Below, one piece after another: positions 11,281 to 25,100 of a stretch of DNA of 64,000 nt. The DNA lies in NCBI GenBank assembly GCA_905178155.1, contig CAJINV010000016.1, forward strand, positions 372,001 through 436,000. The letters run 5' to 3'. The DNA is from Amoebophrya sp. A120. Taxonomy: Eukaryota > Protista > Dinoflagellata. Below the pieces are notes generated by a model. That model saw nothing but the letters and a program-made list of their open reading frames with translations, did no database searches and was not told where the DNA came from. The position numbers and the translations under genes were made by a program. Each line of letters starts with the position of its first letter. The first letter of the stretch is position 1.

Positions 11281-14200
11281 TCAGTAAAACCCATCCCGTC
11301 CAGCTTGGTGAAGTTCCCGTTGCTGGTTGTAAATGTGCTCCACTCGGTCATAGCTCATGGGCGGGCGCACGACTATCCCAGAGAAAAAAGCTGGCAGGGG
11401 ATATTTGTAATGCAAAAATAAATAGACAGAAAAACTTGCCATGGGCGGCCCCCTAGCATGCACATGCTGCTTCGGATATGCAATGCAGATTTTTATTTTG
11501 TGTATTTATTTTTGCATTACAAATATGAGCTGGCAGCTTTTTTCTCTGGGATAACGACGCCCGTCTGCGCACTGGCGTCCGCCTCTCGTTTCGCAGCTAT
11601 CGCAAGAAAAAAGTGTTTCACTGTGAACTTGTGATGCATAGAATGGAACAGCACAGAACTATTTGTCTTGCTACACCTGCAAGACCTTGACTCTTTAGGG
11701 GTGTTTTCCCTTTGGAAGCGCGCATGGCAAATTTTCTGTGTCATGTGTAACAAACTTGTGATGCAGATCTTTCAGAGTCATTACAGTGAAACAGTTTTTT
11801 CGTGGGATAGCAGCCCGCATCACGTCAATCTGCGGCCCCCCGTGCGCCTGAAAGGCGCCCCGGAGCGACCACCCCCCGCCCCCGCCGCGCATCGAACTGG
11901 TGTTGTGGAGGATGTGGTCGTTCGCATTGGAGTATCCACAGGAAAAATCCCCCCACCTCTCACATCAAAAACGAAATTTGTGCTGCTGTATTTGAGTAAA
12001 CACAAATCGACTTTTAAGTATTGCCAGAAGGCCAAGAGACGCAGTTGCTCCCTCCTTTGCAGGCAATTTGTCATGCTGTTTTCCATTTCCATTCGGATTT
12101 GCCTCCGCCTCCTGTCGTGCTGAAGACGCACGGCTTTCCTACGCCACCCAGCACTACAGTCCGCTTCTTTTGCCACCTTCTAGCATGACAGCATGACTTG
12201 TGGTCTCAAATCATGCTACACAAATCTCCGCTTTAGTATGGGGAGGGGGGAATTTTCCTTTTGATATGGAGGTGCCGGCCTCCCATATGGATTGCAAAAG
12301 TATCGTACTCGTATAAATGCATTACAAATTTCTTCAGCATGAGAAATAAAATTTGTAATGCTGATTTGCCTTGATAAAGAAATTTGTAATGCAAGACCTG
12401 CATTTATACGAGTACGATACTTTTGCACAGGATATCCCAGTCGTGGTACCGATCTTCAAAGCCGTAGTGCCCGCGGCCTTCCAGTATCCTGAGTAAAAAC
12501 GTACCCACACCAGAGTCAATTTGGGGTTTTGCAACACAAACCTAGGACTTTTTGGAGTCACGCATGACAAGTTGCACTCCGTAGTGTAGTGCAGGGTAGC
12601 AAGTGCAGCTGCATCACAGATCCATCTGCTTATCCTGTTCATGGCATCACAAATTCCAAAACACGACTGAAAATGTGTACCGTGTGTATGCGCATCACAA
12701 ATGTCCTTGTCATTGCAAATCTGCATGACAACTCTGGGGTGGGAACGTTTTTCCTCAGGATATCCAGGCGCGCGTTAGCCTTGTCTTGCATCTTATCAAA
12801 TGTAAAAATCCCTGGATGTCTGGAAACTTGTGATGTTGCGTGGCGTCTCATGATGAGGCCACAAGTGCTGGCTCAGCATGACAAGTTTCTGAGCTTCTAG
12901 GCGTTGCCTATGCTGCATGACAAACTGCGTTTCTGCACCACAGAAGGGTGGGGCTCTTGGTTAACGTGCATGACAAATTTAAGAGTCATGCCAGACAAGC
13001 ATGACAAACATGCATTCTTCCAGACCCAGACATTTTTGCATTGGATACATCTTGTCCACTTGCCGCTGCGGTTTCTTCTTCGCCCGGGGTGTCCAACTGG
13101 CAATGTTGGTGTCCTCGTAGTAGTGCTCCCCGTGATCGCCGTGGTGCGTCACGGTTTGAAAGGTCGAAGTGGTCACCTGCCCTCCGCCCTTGCCGTGTTT
13201 GTTCAGCACCGCGTTTTTCTTTTGTTGCACGCGCTCCGAGCGCGGCGTCGCAGTTGCTCCACCGTGGTTGCTGTACCCAGCAGCTCCGGGGTAGGAACGG
13301 GTAGATGACATTTCGGAGGAAATCGAGCGGCTTGAGTGGGGAGTAGAGTCGTACCCGTGATGATCGCTGTACCCGGAGTGATGCGAATGGTGCCCGCTGT
13401 GATTGTGCGAATAGTCAGAGTGGTAGCCCTCGTGATCATCGTATTCTTCGTCCCATTCACCATCATGATCGTGGTAGCCGTAGCCTTCGTGCTCGTCATA
13501 ATGAGAATGTTCATCGTAATAGGAAGATTCGTCGCCATGGTGCGAGTGGTCTCCGTAGTGCGAATCTTCCCCGTAGTTGTGGTGGTCACTGTAGTGCGAT
13601 CCGTGGTCCGACCACCCTTCTTCGTAATGGCCGTGCTCGCCTCCGCCGTGGTGGTGGTTATGGCGTTCGCAAACGTTACATTCTCAACTGTTACATGGAT
13701 TTGTAATGCAAGAACAGCAACAGTGAAAGTGGCAATATTGCAGCTTTCGCATCACAGATTTTCCACAGATCATGATGCGGCTTAGCCCTTCGAAAATTTG
13801 TCATGCTAAGCACCTTGATCAAGTGGAGGCTGATGGCAGTTTTGCATGACAAATCCGTGTAACAGTTGAGAATGTAACAGTTGAGAACGCCATAGTGGTA
13901 GTGCTGGTCGTGATAGTTGCCCGCTTCGCCCTCAGCCGAAACGGTCTTATTGATCCGGCTTGTTTTATATGAACTGCAAAAGTATCGTACTCGTATAAAT
14001 GCATCACAAATTTCCTCAGCATGAAAAATGAAATTTGTAATGCGGATTTAGCTTAATGTAATGCATGATTGCAATACGAGTACGATACTTTTGCACAGGA
14101 TATTTTACGGGGTGTTTGCAGTTGCACCTCCGCCATCTCGAGGGCAACGTCATTGGCAGCGCTCATCGTCCTATGCATTGCAAAAATGCCTGGGTCTGGA

Positions 14201-14645
14201 AACTTGTCATGCTAAAATAAAGTGAATGGGAGACGCACTGCAATACGCAGCTACGCATGACAAATTTTTTAGCTCCCATGTCTTACGTAATCCGCATGGC
14301 AAACTGCGTTTTTGCATGACAGGTAAGAGGGCCTCTTCGTGCCTATGCAACGCAGATTCTCGAGTCATGCCAGACAAGCATGACAAACTTGCATTCTTCC
14401 AGACCCAGACATTTTTGCATTTGATACGTCCCTCGGCCAGCTTGTTTCCTCGGGGTGGTCACTGGAGCTCCTGCTTCCGCTACAGCCATCTGCGGGGACT
14501 TTTTCTGCATGGACAGTGCCACCACAAGGATTAACGCCACCACCGCAACGCACGCCCCAACAATGCCGATGACAACGGCGGTGTCAATTTCCGCGCCACT
14601 CGCGTTCTCCGTCACGTGCACATTCGCGCCTTGCTGCGCCGACAT
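11281..14645 (-). CDS. His/Tyr/Asp-rich single-pass membrane protein, ~428 aa
   Basis: TM AVVIGIVGACVAVVALILVVAL near the N-terminus; tract like HHGGGEHGHYEEGWSDHGSHYSDHHNYGEDSHY; nine introners removed give 1287 nt ending GRDGFY*. Confidence 0.8.
11374..11553. mobile_element. introner family H (singleton)
   Basis: TIR TATCCCAGAGAAAAAAGCTG.CAG; direct repeat acgac/acgac. Confidence 0.9.
11598..11809. mobile_element. introner family E
   Basis: TIR TATCGCAAGAAAAAAGTGTTTCACTGT; direct repeat gcagc/gcagc. Confidence 0.9.
11933..12266. mobile_element. introner family D
   Basis: TIR TATC....GGAAAAATCCCCCC.CC; direct repeat tggag/tggag. Confidence 0.9.
12286..12434. mobile_element. introner family B
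   Basis: Family B TIRs; direct repeat tccca/tccca. Confidence 0.9.
12485..12762. mobile_element. introner family C
   Basis: Family C TIRs; direct repeat tccag/tccag. Confidence 0.9.
12794..13047. mobile_element. introner family A
   Basis: Family A TIRs; direct repeat catct/catct. Confidence 0.9.
13659..13894. mobile_element. introner family F
   Basis: TIR TATGGCGTTC.CAA..GTTACATTCTCAACTGTTAC with internal tandem unit; direct repeat gtggt/gtggt. Confidence 0.9.
13968..14102. mobile_element. introner family B
   Basis: Family B TIRs; direct repeat tttta/tttta. Confidence 0.9.
14172..14426. mobile_element. introner family A
   Basis: Family A TIRs; direct repeat cgtcc/cgtcc. Confidence 0.9.
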
Positions 14646-16109
14646 GTTGACTTTTTCGTACTTATTGAATTTGAAATGAGGTTCGTGGGAACTTCGTATT
14701 TATCAATATAGACGTTTTTTTGTTGCAGTTTAGTACGTGAACAAATTGATGTGTTGTTCAGTATGATCTTCTTGAGATGATTTGACCGCGGGGGGGGAAT
14801 AGGCTCAACATCATCTTCTTGCTCCTTGTCGATCGAACCAAAGTGAAATAAAAGTTGTGCTCTTGTTTGCAAGTGATGAAAATAAAGATAAACCGTGGGG
14901 GAAATAAAGAGTTCTGTGTGTTGGTGGAGAAGAGTTTTCGTGGTCGGTCGAACCAGAGCGTTCTCGTCAAATAAGCTTGGCAATGGAAATATTAACGTAG
15001 CAACGAAACAGACCGGCTTTCATTTTTTTTTTGCACGAAACTCAACCGACCTCATGGTGGAGATAGGGAAGAAGAAACCGATCATGCTTTTTTTCGCAAG
15101 AAAAAGAGCTGCGTGGTTTTTTTCTTGCTCTACATGTCAGCGGAGGACGAAAAGCAGCGACTCTGTTGATGTTCCTGTCTCTCACATTAATACCGACACC
15201 GGTTTCATCAGTACGGCATAGACAACACAAACCGACGGGTCGTTGTTTTTGGGTTTTTTTTCTCACGAATTCTAGTACCGAAAGAACGGTCTTAATGGGC
15301 GACCCTAGTATTCATTGTGCACTATGTAGTTTCGTCACGACTACCGACGAACGAGTACACAAGTCTTCCTACTTACTAGCGCACGTGACAGATGAAGAAC
15401 AGAGCCGAGCCGTCCGGCTTTGATCTTGGCACCGGTTATGGAATTTCACAAAGAACATCTTTTCTACATACTCTTGGAATGAAAGCCACCTCCTCACGAC
15501 GGTTTGTGTCTTTGCGGGGGCGTGCTCCGTTACATCGGAATCTCGCCAAACTTCATCTTCAGGGAAACTGTATTCTCAAGTTCTGCAATCTTCCTGTCAG
15601 TGTAAGTCTAAGTGAGTCCCTCTCAACAGCTGCCTTCTTGTTCCAAGAACTAAATTCTTGGAACAAGAAGTGAGTAGCTACTTCCAGGAGAGGATACGCC
15701 CCGCCGGATAGAAGTGCAGCTCGATATTGGGTCAATCGATGCGTTCAATCATATTTGTCGGAGTGCAGTACTGTCACATCAGCAAGCTAGCTCAGCTACG
15801 ACCAGCACGCCTATTGTGGCGGAGGCGGTCTACTAGATTTATTATTTTTCTGTTGATTCTCAAAGCAATTCCAGCTCCTGCATTCTCGTTAGATTTGGTT
15901 TTGATTTTGGTACTGTCGGTGAAAACAAAGATGAAGATCATAGTGACAATTTGGTTTGAAAAAACAAAATCGATTCACTTGGTCAGCTAAGCGTCGAAAT
16001 TGTACATGTGCATATACTATAACGCTTTTTCTTTCTTTAACAAAAAACCGCACGACGTCCTGCTCCTGAATGAATCAAAAAACAAAAAGCATAAATCATA
16101 CAACCCTGC

Positions 16110-19100
16110 TCACACGATATGATCGTCTCCTTCGTGCCGGTTACTATTAGTTCCTTGATTTTCATCCGTGATCTCTCCTCTCCCCCCACCAGGCCGTCCA
16201 TCTGAACCTGATTGCACGGAGCGATTGGAAGTGCTGCTGCCCACCACCTCCTCCCGATGTTCTTCGCCGCTGTTCTTCAATATCGGAAAAATTGTCCTGG
16301 AGGCCCCGCCCCGCCGAGGGTAGTTGCTACTGGTTCTCCTCGTCGTGTGACGTGGTTGTGCCGTTGGGTCATAGATTTTTTCCTGCTGCTGCTCACCTGC
16401 ATTAGGAGCAGAACTTCCAGCAGGATCTTCAACTACATCTCCGCGTTCGCTTCTTCTATTTCCAGCCGCTAGTGGTGCACCAGTTCTTTCCACAACACCC
16501 CCAGGGGCCGACGTACTGTTCATGTTCTGCTCAAGATCATCATCATCTTCATCATGATCCCCAAGTTGTACTAAAGCGCTGGCAGCACCTGCTCCCGCCG
16601 CGGGCGAATTCTCCATTGGAATCGGTGACAGCAACCCGAAGAGAACAGAGCGGTCCTGATGACGGTCCTGCGGATCATTCTTGAACAGGATTCCCGATTC
16701 CTGTCCAAACACCAAGTCATCTTCTTCTTGTGAGCTGTCGTTCTTTTCGTGTTCTTTTGGTTGACGGCCAGGAACGAGCGCTGCAGCGGAAGTAGATCCT
16801 CTTCGTGCAACATCTTTTTTATCTCCGCTTGATGATGTTCGTGTTCCCCTCACGTCTTCTAGCTGGATCCCGCTTTGGTCTTGATCGTGCGGCGTTCCTA
16901 TGTGAAAGAACCTCTTCGCGGCGGCCATCGGGGGCGACCTGGACCGGATGTACTTTTTCCTGTTGTCATCTTCAACAACGCTTATGCTTCGCTGTTCTCC
17001 TTTGTGCCGGTCGGCGGGAGCAGGTGCAGTCTGGATATGAACTGCAAAAGTATCGCACTCGTATAAATGCATTTTTCTCCGCATGAGAAATACAATTTGC
17101 CATGCTGATTCACTTTAAGTAATGCAAGAATTGCATTTAGATTTATACGAGTACGATACTTTTGCACAGGATACTGGAAGACATCACGCAGCGAAGGGAA
17201 GAAAGAATCGTCATCGTCAAGATCATCGACGTAGTCGTGGTGGTTCCATGGTGGCTTATTCATTTCCATCCGTTGTTGAAGGTCGTTACTTCGTCTTTGT
17301 TGTGCTCGTGGTCTATTGGAGACGTAGTTTTTCCTGGTCTGCTCCTCCGCCTCCTGGTAAAAGCGAAACGAGGAACTACTGCTGCTCGCGTATCAAAAGA
17401 AAAAATCCCCCCTCCCCATATCGAAAACGAAATTTGTGATGCTGTATTTGAGTACACAAGGCCTTACAGCATTACAAATCGCCTGCATGACGTCCCGGAC
17501 AGCCTGCACTTGCCTTGTTGCAAGACAGACGCGATGTGTGATCACAAATCTGCATCGCAAATTTTCAGATGGACGCGCTTGCAATATGGGGAGGAGAGAT
17601 TTTTCCTCACAATATCGCGGCACCACCGCCGCCTGGTGGCGCCCCGGGGTTTGTTTGCGCCTTTTGGTTTGTTATTTCGCTGTCAAGATGAACATCACCC
17701 TCGTTCAATATTTCTTCTTCTTCCTCATTCGAAGCGGAGGTCTGCCGGCTTTTCTCCGCCCGACTCATCGCCGTCCGTCGGCCGATGCTCAGTCCGCGCA
17801 CTTTCGTTTGCTCTTGTTGTGCAGCTGCAGCTGTGCCATCACTCGTGACTGTAGGTAGATTACGATCAGAAGGCCCACGCAGAATGCCTAGCCGCTCCTT
17901 GTCTCCATCCGCGGATATGATCGAGGCCTTCGAAATTTCGGTTCCACGCGGATCGTCTACACTGCTCTATCAAATGTAAAAATGTCTGGGTCTGGAAGAA
18001 TGCAACTTGTGATGCTGCATCCATTTGGATTCCAAAAAAAATCTGTATTGCATGAGTACCAAAGGGAATGCATTTTTTGCTACCTTCGTATCGTATCGCT
18101 TTGACCTTTGACTCCTGTCAGGGCGGCGTTAGAACAGATTTAGCCTCTGCCAATACCGTGGCGTTAGAACAGATTTAGCCTCTGCCAATACCCCTAGGTG
18201 GACACACGTTCCACGTCCTACCTTGAGAAGGCATTTGTCATGCGGAATAGGCATCAAGAAGCCCTCAAAAATCTGTATTGCTAGTGTATGCATCACCGAC
18301 ATCATGGCTCATGCAAAACGTGCATGACAAGTGTCAGAATCTACTTCCAGAGGACCCAGACACTTTATTTACAGTTGATATGCTAGCTCCGCGGCTAGCA
18401 ACACTAGGACCATTATCTCTTCTTAAAAGACTACCGCTGCTCCCCTCTCGTCCTGCTCTGTTTAGGACTTTCTTGTTGTTTCCGTTTAATATTTTTGCAC
18501 CCGCGGACGAGGTCTCATAATTCCTAAAAATCCTGCCATCTTCTGCACCGACGTCCAGCACTTCTCCTTCGTCCCCACGGTCGTCCGCTTTCTGCTGTGC
18601 TGCGGCTCCCGCGTCTTTCGTTTGCGCTTGATATATCGCGAGGAAAAATCCCCCCTCCCCATCTTGGAAGCATGTCCTTCCGAAAATTTGTGATGCAGAT
18701 TTGTGATCCTGTCTGTCTTGCCAGAAGGCAAACCCAGAGAGTCCGCCACGATATGCCGGCGGTTTGTAATGCTGCAAGGCCTACAACAGGGTAGACGTCT
18801 GCCATGCTAGACCTCTACACCAAAAGGCCTCCCCTGAGGCTTGCGATCTGCGCGCAATGCTTTCCTGCAAGACAAATGTGATTTGTGTACACAAATCCCG
18901 CATCACAGATTTCCTTTTTGATATGGGGAGGGGTGATTTTTCATTTTGATATGGTAGTTCTTTTTCTTACTTTCCAACGCCCGCATGGACAGTTGCTTCC
19001 GAGATGAACTTTTCGTGCTCAGAGAGTTCTTGTTTTGCGTGTTCTGTTGAGAGCGCTCGTTTCTACTACTTCCCTGCTTGTTCGAGGACGAGGTCGCTGT

Positions 19101-22100
19101 TCCACCAGCAGCGGGTGCACCACGACCGGAGGTGTCACTCATCGGCTCAGACAACGTACTGGTGATGCCGCCAGAGGAATTTGAATTGTAGCCCTGAATT
19201 TCAATGTCCGAGAGGTGGCCATGCTCGATGAAGTCCATGTCATCCTTGTGCGTGTCAGCGGGCATCAGGTATTGCAAGGAAAAATGCCCCCACCCCCAAA
19301 GATGCAATAACTTGTGATGCGAAGAAGTTTCCAAATGAAAACTTTTTGTCATGCATAAAAGGACTATGAGTCTTTCTGATGCAGAGTCTAGAGGTATATT
19401 ACATCGCTTGCATGACAAGCACCGCTCTTGCAGCTGGGATTTTTTGCAATACTGATTTTTGCTATTCACAATTGAAAATCTGTGATGCTGATAGATGCAA
19501 GAGGGCGAGTGTTTCATTTGGAAAGGTTTGCATATACAGATAATCCCAAGTTCTGGGGCGGGCAGGGCATTTTTCATTGTAATATCAGGGTGACAATGTT
19601 CGTGACAAAATTGGACATAAGCTGTTGGAAGACCCCGCCCGGGTCCTCCGTGAGCACTCCGAGGGAATCCGGGTCCCGCACGATGTTAATATTTCTTGTC
19701 GCGGCAATCATCAGCAGAATGCCGAACAGGAGAAACACCAGCGCCAAGACGATCATCCGGTCCTCCCGCCGCTCGTTTACCTCTTCGTAGTCCACTATCC
19801 AGCAAAAAGGATTGTAGGCGTAGCTTTCAATTTGTGATGCGCAACATGCAACATAATTGCGTCTGTCATGCTGGTCAACATCCATAAATGTAGAGCCCAG
19901 CATTCCAGCGCGTTTTCACGTACAAGCTGCGCATGACAGGTTTATTTTGCAGTCATGCCAAACAGATTTGTGTATCAATGCTGTTCCGCCAAAAAAGGTA
20001 GTACACCTACATAATATCTTTTTTTTCTTGGATATCCGCGACCTTGTGGCTACCGTCGTACAAGGTGTGCGTCAGCCAGGTATCCCACGAAAAAAGTGTT
20101 ACAGTTACACATTTGTAAGTCAATTCAGCAACACAAATTCCTGAGAGAGAAAACTTGCAATGCAGAAACTCTAAGGGAAAACACCTATGAAACGAAGCTC
20201 GTTGCTTATCCGGCATGACAGAACGCGTCTGTCTTGCATGGCTTGCAACACAATGTGCAACTGTAACACTTTTTTCTTCCCATACCAGGCGCCGCTGCTC
20301 CACTGGTGAAAGAACCACCGGCTGGCGTCGACCGGCCGTATCCTGTGCAAAAGTATTATCGTACTCGTATTGCAGTCATGCATTTTTTTTTTCTCAATGG
20401 AAATCCGCATTACAAATTTTATCTCTCATGCTGAGGGAATTTGTCATGCATTTATACGAGTACGATACTTTTGCAGTTCATAGGCCGCCACCGGTACCGA
20501 AACGCCTGGTTCTCCGGATTCACCGTGGTTTGTCTCCCGAGGGACTCCAGCATCTGCAGGGCGTTCTTCTCCAACTTTTCGAAGATCGCCTGATCGTTTT
20601 TCACAGCGGAGTTCATATCACTCGCAGCGCCGCCGCTCGCCACGTCCGCGTTTCTCTCCTCAAAGAGCCGATTCGCCATGTCCAGAATGGAGGACATGTG
20701 CCGCGCGAGATACACGCTCGCGTGCTCCTTAACCTTCACTGGGCTACTTGCAGAGGACAGTGATGTTGTTGATGAAGCTGCTTTCTTCATGCTTTCTCTA
20801 TCGTACGCGTTCTTGTATTCGAAGTTTTGATCATTTTCGTCGAATCTGCGCCACCCGGTGCAAAAAACGAAGTCGTCAATCTGCAGGACTGGTTCCGTTT
20901 GCAGTTGGTAGAGTCCACTGTGTTGCCCCTGGCCGGTGCTTGGTTCACCTCGCGCACCAGCTGCCCCACCGGTGGAAGTAGATTTTGTCCCTCCTTGTCC
21001 TGCTCTCGCACGAACCCCAGGAGCTGCCCGTTGCCCACTCGTCCTCCCATCGTAGTAGTCATGTTCTGGGCAGATCCAGCTGGTCCAGTCCTTAATCGCT
21101 TCCTGGTTGAATTTTTGCGGCTTTTTCAGAGCCACCTTCCGCAGGTACTCAATTTGCGCCGTGAACTTGTCGAGCGCGAGACTCTTCTATGACAGTGCAC
21201 AACTCCCCCTCCCCCTCATTTGTCATGCAAAGCAATACAAGTGAGGGGGAGGGGGAGTTGTGCACTTTCATATCTTCACCTCGGCGGACAGAAGCGAGAA
21301 CGCAAAGGTGATCTGCTCCAGGTCGTCCTGCAAAATCGAAGCCACGCTGCTCTCGCGGCTTCTCAACGGGTAAATGTCGGGCTCAGGCGCGGGCACGCGG
21401 GCCCCGAGTTGTTCGGAATTCTGTTCTTCCATGCCGGCAGAAAAGCCGGGCGGCGGTTGTGCGACGTTGTAGCTCCCCACCGCTTTTTCTTGCAGGAACG
21501 AGCTCGCTGCTGCTCCTGCTTGCCCTCCTGCTGCTCCCTCCTGCTCCTGCAGGAGTAGTTCCTGAATGTGGGCGCGCCCGATTTTGGCTCGGAGATTTGG
21601 ATACCGCAGCGCGTCGGGGTTCCAGGGAAGGTCATCGCTCGCCACGATCTGGGTCTGCACGGGCGCGAAGAATTTCACCAAGACCTCCGGCATCGATCGG
21701 GCTCGCACCGTCGCGTCCCGCGGCCAGGAGGGAAGCCACCGGGGGAACATTTGCACGACGTCCGGCCCCAAGTCCACGGACGCAAGCAGTGCGGAGTAGA
21801 GTGCGAGCTCCTCGTTCAATTTTGCCCGCAGTTCGTACAGCAATGCTCGTCTGCGCTGCTGTTGCTGCAGAAACGCGAATTTCTTGCAGACGTGGCTCAG
21901 TTGCTCGGGATTGAACTGCTGGGCGCGAAGCAGTATGGCGTTCTCAAATGTTAAATTCTCAGCTGTTACATGATTTGTCATGCAAAAATACATATCAGAA
22001 TCGACGCGATCAAGCTGCTTCGCATGACAGATTCTCGAAGAGCCAAAGAAGGCTGAGACTCTGTGCCAAATCTGTCATGCAAGACGCGCAAGGGCGCCCC

Positions 22101-25100
22101 TTTCACTTTTCTTGCGATTCTTTTTCTTGCATCAAAAATTATCCACGTAACGGCTGATAATGTAACAGTTGAGAACGCCATAAGCAGCAGCTGCGCGTTT
22201 TGGGCGGATAAATCGCCAAGCGTCACTTTTGAAGGAGATCCTGCGCTGCTGCCGCTGTTCCCTTGGTTGTGGTCTCTAGAAGTACTATCCACACCCGCCC
22301 TAAGGCGCCGCGCGAACTCGTCAGCCTCGGTGTTCAGGAGCTTATCGCTTTGGTCCACGGCTTTTTTGGAGCTCGTCGTGTAAGAGGCTGCAGGAGATAT
22401 CGCAAGGAAAAATCCCCCCTCCCCATATTGAAGAGGTAGGTTTTCGAAAATTTGTGTTGCTGATTTGAGGTCACAAATCACGTTTGTGTTGCAAGAAGAC
22501 AAGGGCAGCAGCTTCCGTCCCATTATAGAGGCGGTTTGTCATGCTGTTGAGCCAACATCACGGACGCTTCTCATGCTAAGCGCCTAAGTCAAAGCATCTC
22601 TGCTCAGGCTTGATATGGGTCTGCAGTCCTCTCTAGCAAGACAGATGTGATTTGTGTACTCAAATACAGCAACACAAATTCCGCTTTCGATATGGAGGTG
22701 GGATTTTTCCTCACAATAGGAGAAGTACCACTACTACTACTACCCCAGCCACGGCAGGCATTTGAAAAGCGTAGAGTAGAGACCCACTCCTGCTGCGAAT
22801 ACAGAAACTCCTTCACCGCGGGATCAGCAGCCGCTTCTCCGAGTTGCTGCAACGGAACGTCGTAGGCATGTTCCAGAAAAACTTTTTTGATGAACAACCG
22901 GACCACCTCGTTCATGCTATTCGTGATTGCCAGGGAGAACAGATTCATGTACTGGATGCGATCCGCGAATTTCCGGAGCCGCACGTTCTGGTGCCTCCGG
23001 AGAAACTCCGTGACATCGGGTAACACCCCTCTCCGCTGGTCCCACAGGATCAATCTCACCTCGAAAAACCCGCACACTTGGTCCACCAACTCATTCAAAT
23101 CGTCCACCGTGGTAAAGCTTTTCGAAGTGTCCCCGCAGAGGGGGCAAAACCGCTTCCCGCTCTTGAAATTCCCCCGCAGAAACGTCGTTTCCCACTTTGT
23201 CGCCCAGTCCTGGCACGCGTTCATGGTCTTCCGCCGGTAGTGCCGCGTGCCCCGGATGTGCTGGCCGCCCACGAACACAATCCGTTTCACGCCGCGGACC
23301 TCATGGTGAAAGCGGTCGTATTCCGCCTTGTCTATCTTTTCACCGGTTGTACTCGTTGTGCCCGTCACCGGAGCGTCCTCATTTTGCAGCCCTGCTCTGC
23401 CTACCTCCGACGCCGACAAGTGCGCTTCGTGCCTCTCGGAGTCGTAAAAAAGATTGTCCGCTAACGGCTCCTCGTAGGGATTATGATCCTCGTACACATC
23501 GTGGTCGTAGCTGTCGTCTAATGTCCTCTGCGACGGAGCGTTTTGCGCGCCGCCGCCGGGATGGAGCTGCGCGCTCGCTACGACCTGCTGCGCCACAGGC
23601 CTGTCCGTTGGTCTGAAGTCTCTCAAGTCTTGGTGAACGCGATCGTTCGTAGAGGCGGAAGATTGTTTCATATTCCTGTTCCTTGGACCTCGTCCGATGT
23701 CAGCAGCATTGTCCTGTTCCCCACTCGTCATCTCCTCCGTTTGCAGCATCTATCCAAGAAAAAAACTGTGTTAGTGTAACTTTCCTTGGCTGGCAGCATC
23801 ACAAATTTGCTCTACATGACAGAGAAAACCTATCATGCATGGTTTGTATGGGAAAACACACATGAAAGGAGGACTTCATGGCTGTCTGGCATGACAGGTG
23901 TAACTCTGTTGCATCTTGTCTTCTGCAACACAAATTTACACTTACACAGTTTTTTTCTTGCATAGCATCTTCGAGATCTTCAACACCTTCGAACTCATCT
24001 CCGCTGCCCACATTATCACAATGAAAAATCCCCCCGCATCAAAACGAAATCTCGGATGCTGGATTTGCGTACACGCATCAGATCTGTCTTGCAGTAGAGG
24101 ACCGCAGGCCCATATCGTGCCCATGTAGAGAGGTTCTGGCCTAGGCACTTGGCATGAGGGACGCGTATGCTGTAGGCCGAACAGCATGGCAAACCGCCTG
24201 TATACTGGGGCGGAACCTATGCCGTTGCTTTCTTGCAAGACAGACGCGATTTGTGGTAACAAATCAGCATGACAAATTCTCTGAGGCGTGCCTTTTCGAT
24301 ATGGGGAGGGGGGATTTTTCCTTTTGATACACATCGCTTTTTCTTCTTCCGACGCGTACATGTCTTCGCGATCCAGGTAATCGGTTTCGGTTTCCTCCTT
24401 CAGACTCTCGTCGCACTTTTCGCACATGTCCATGTTGTGGTCGCACCCGGGTCGCCCGAAATTATCCCCGCAGTAGGTGACCTCGATCCCGTATGAATTG
24501 CAAAAGTACTATCCTACTCGTATAAATGCATTACAAATTTCTCAGCATGAGAGTAATGCTGATTTACCTATAAGAAAAAGATTTGTAGTGCATGATTGCA
24601 AGAATACGAGTACGATACTTTTGCCCAGGATATCCCGGACTGGACGTGCAGTGACCGGAACTGCTTCTGGCCCATGCTGCTCGAGTCGGACTCCGAGAGC
24701 TTCTCTAGGGTCAAAGCGATCAGTTCTACGGCGGAGACGCGCACGATGTCCAGTTTCTTACTGTCAATATCAAATGCAAATACTTATGTCTGGGTCTGGA
24801 AACTTGTGATGCTAGCTCGACAATCTTGAGGCCGTCCCAATTGGTGGCCACGCATGACAAGTTCTTGAGCTGCTAGGTGTTGCCTGTTCTGCATGGCAAA
24901 CTGCGTTTCCGCATGACAGAAATCTGGGATGCTTGCCGAACACGCATGACAGACTTGAGAGTCATGCTGGTCACGCATGACAAACTCTGCATTCTTCCAG
25001 ACCCAGACATATTTGCACTTGATAGTCAAATTGGTCGTACAAGTCCTTCGCGTTGATTTTTTTCGGCTGGCGTTTCAAGTCTTTGCAGTTCGGAAGGGAG

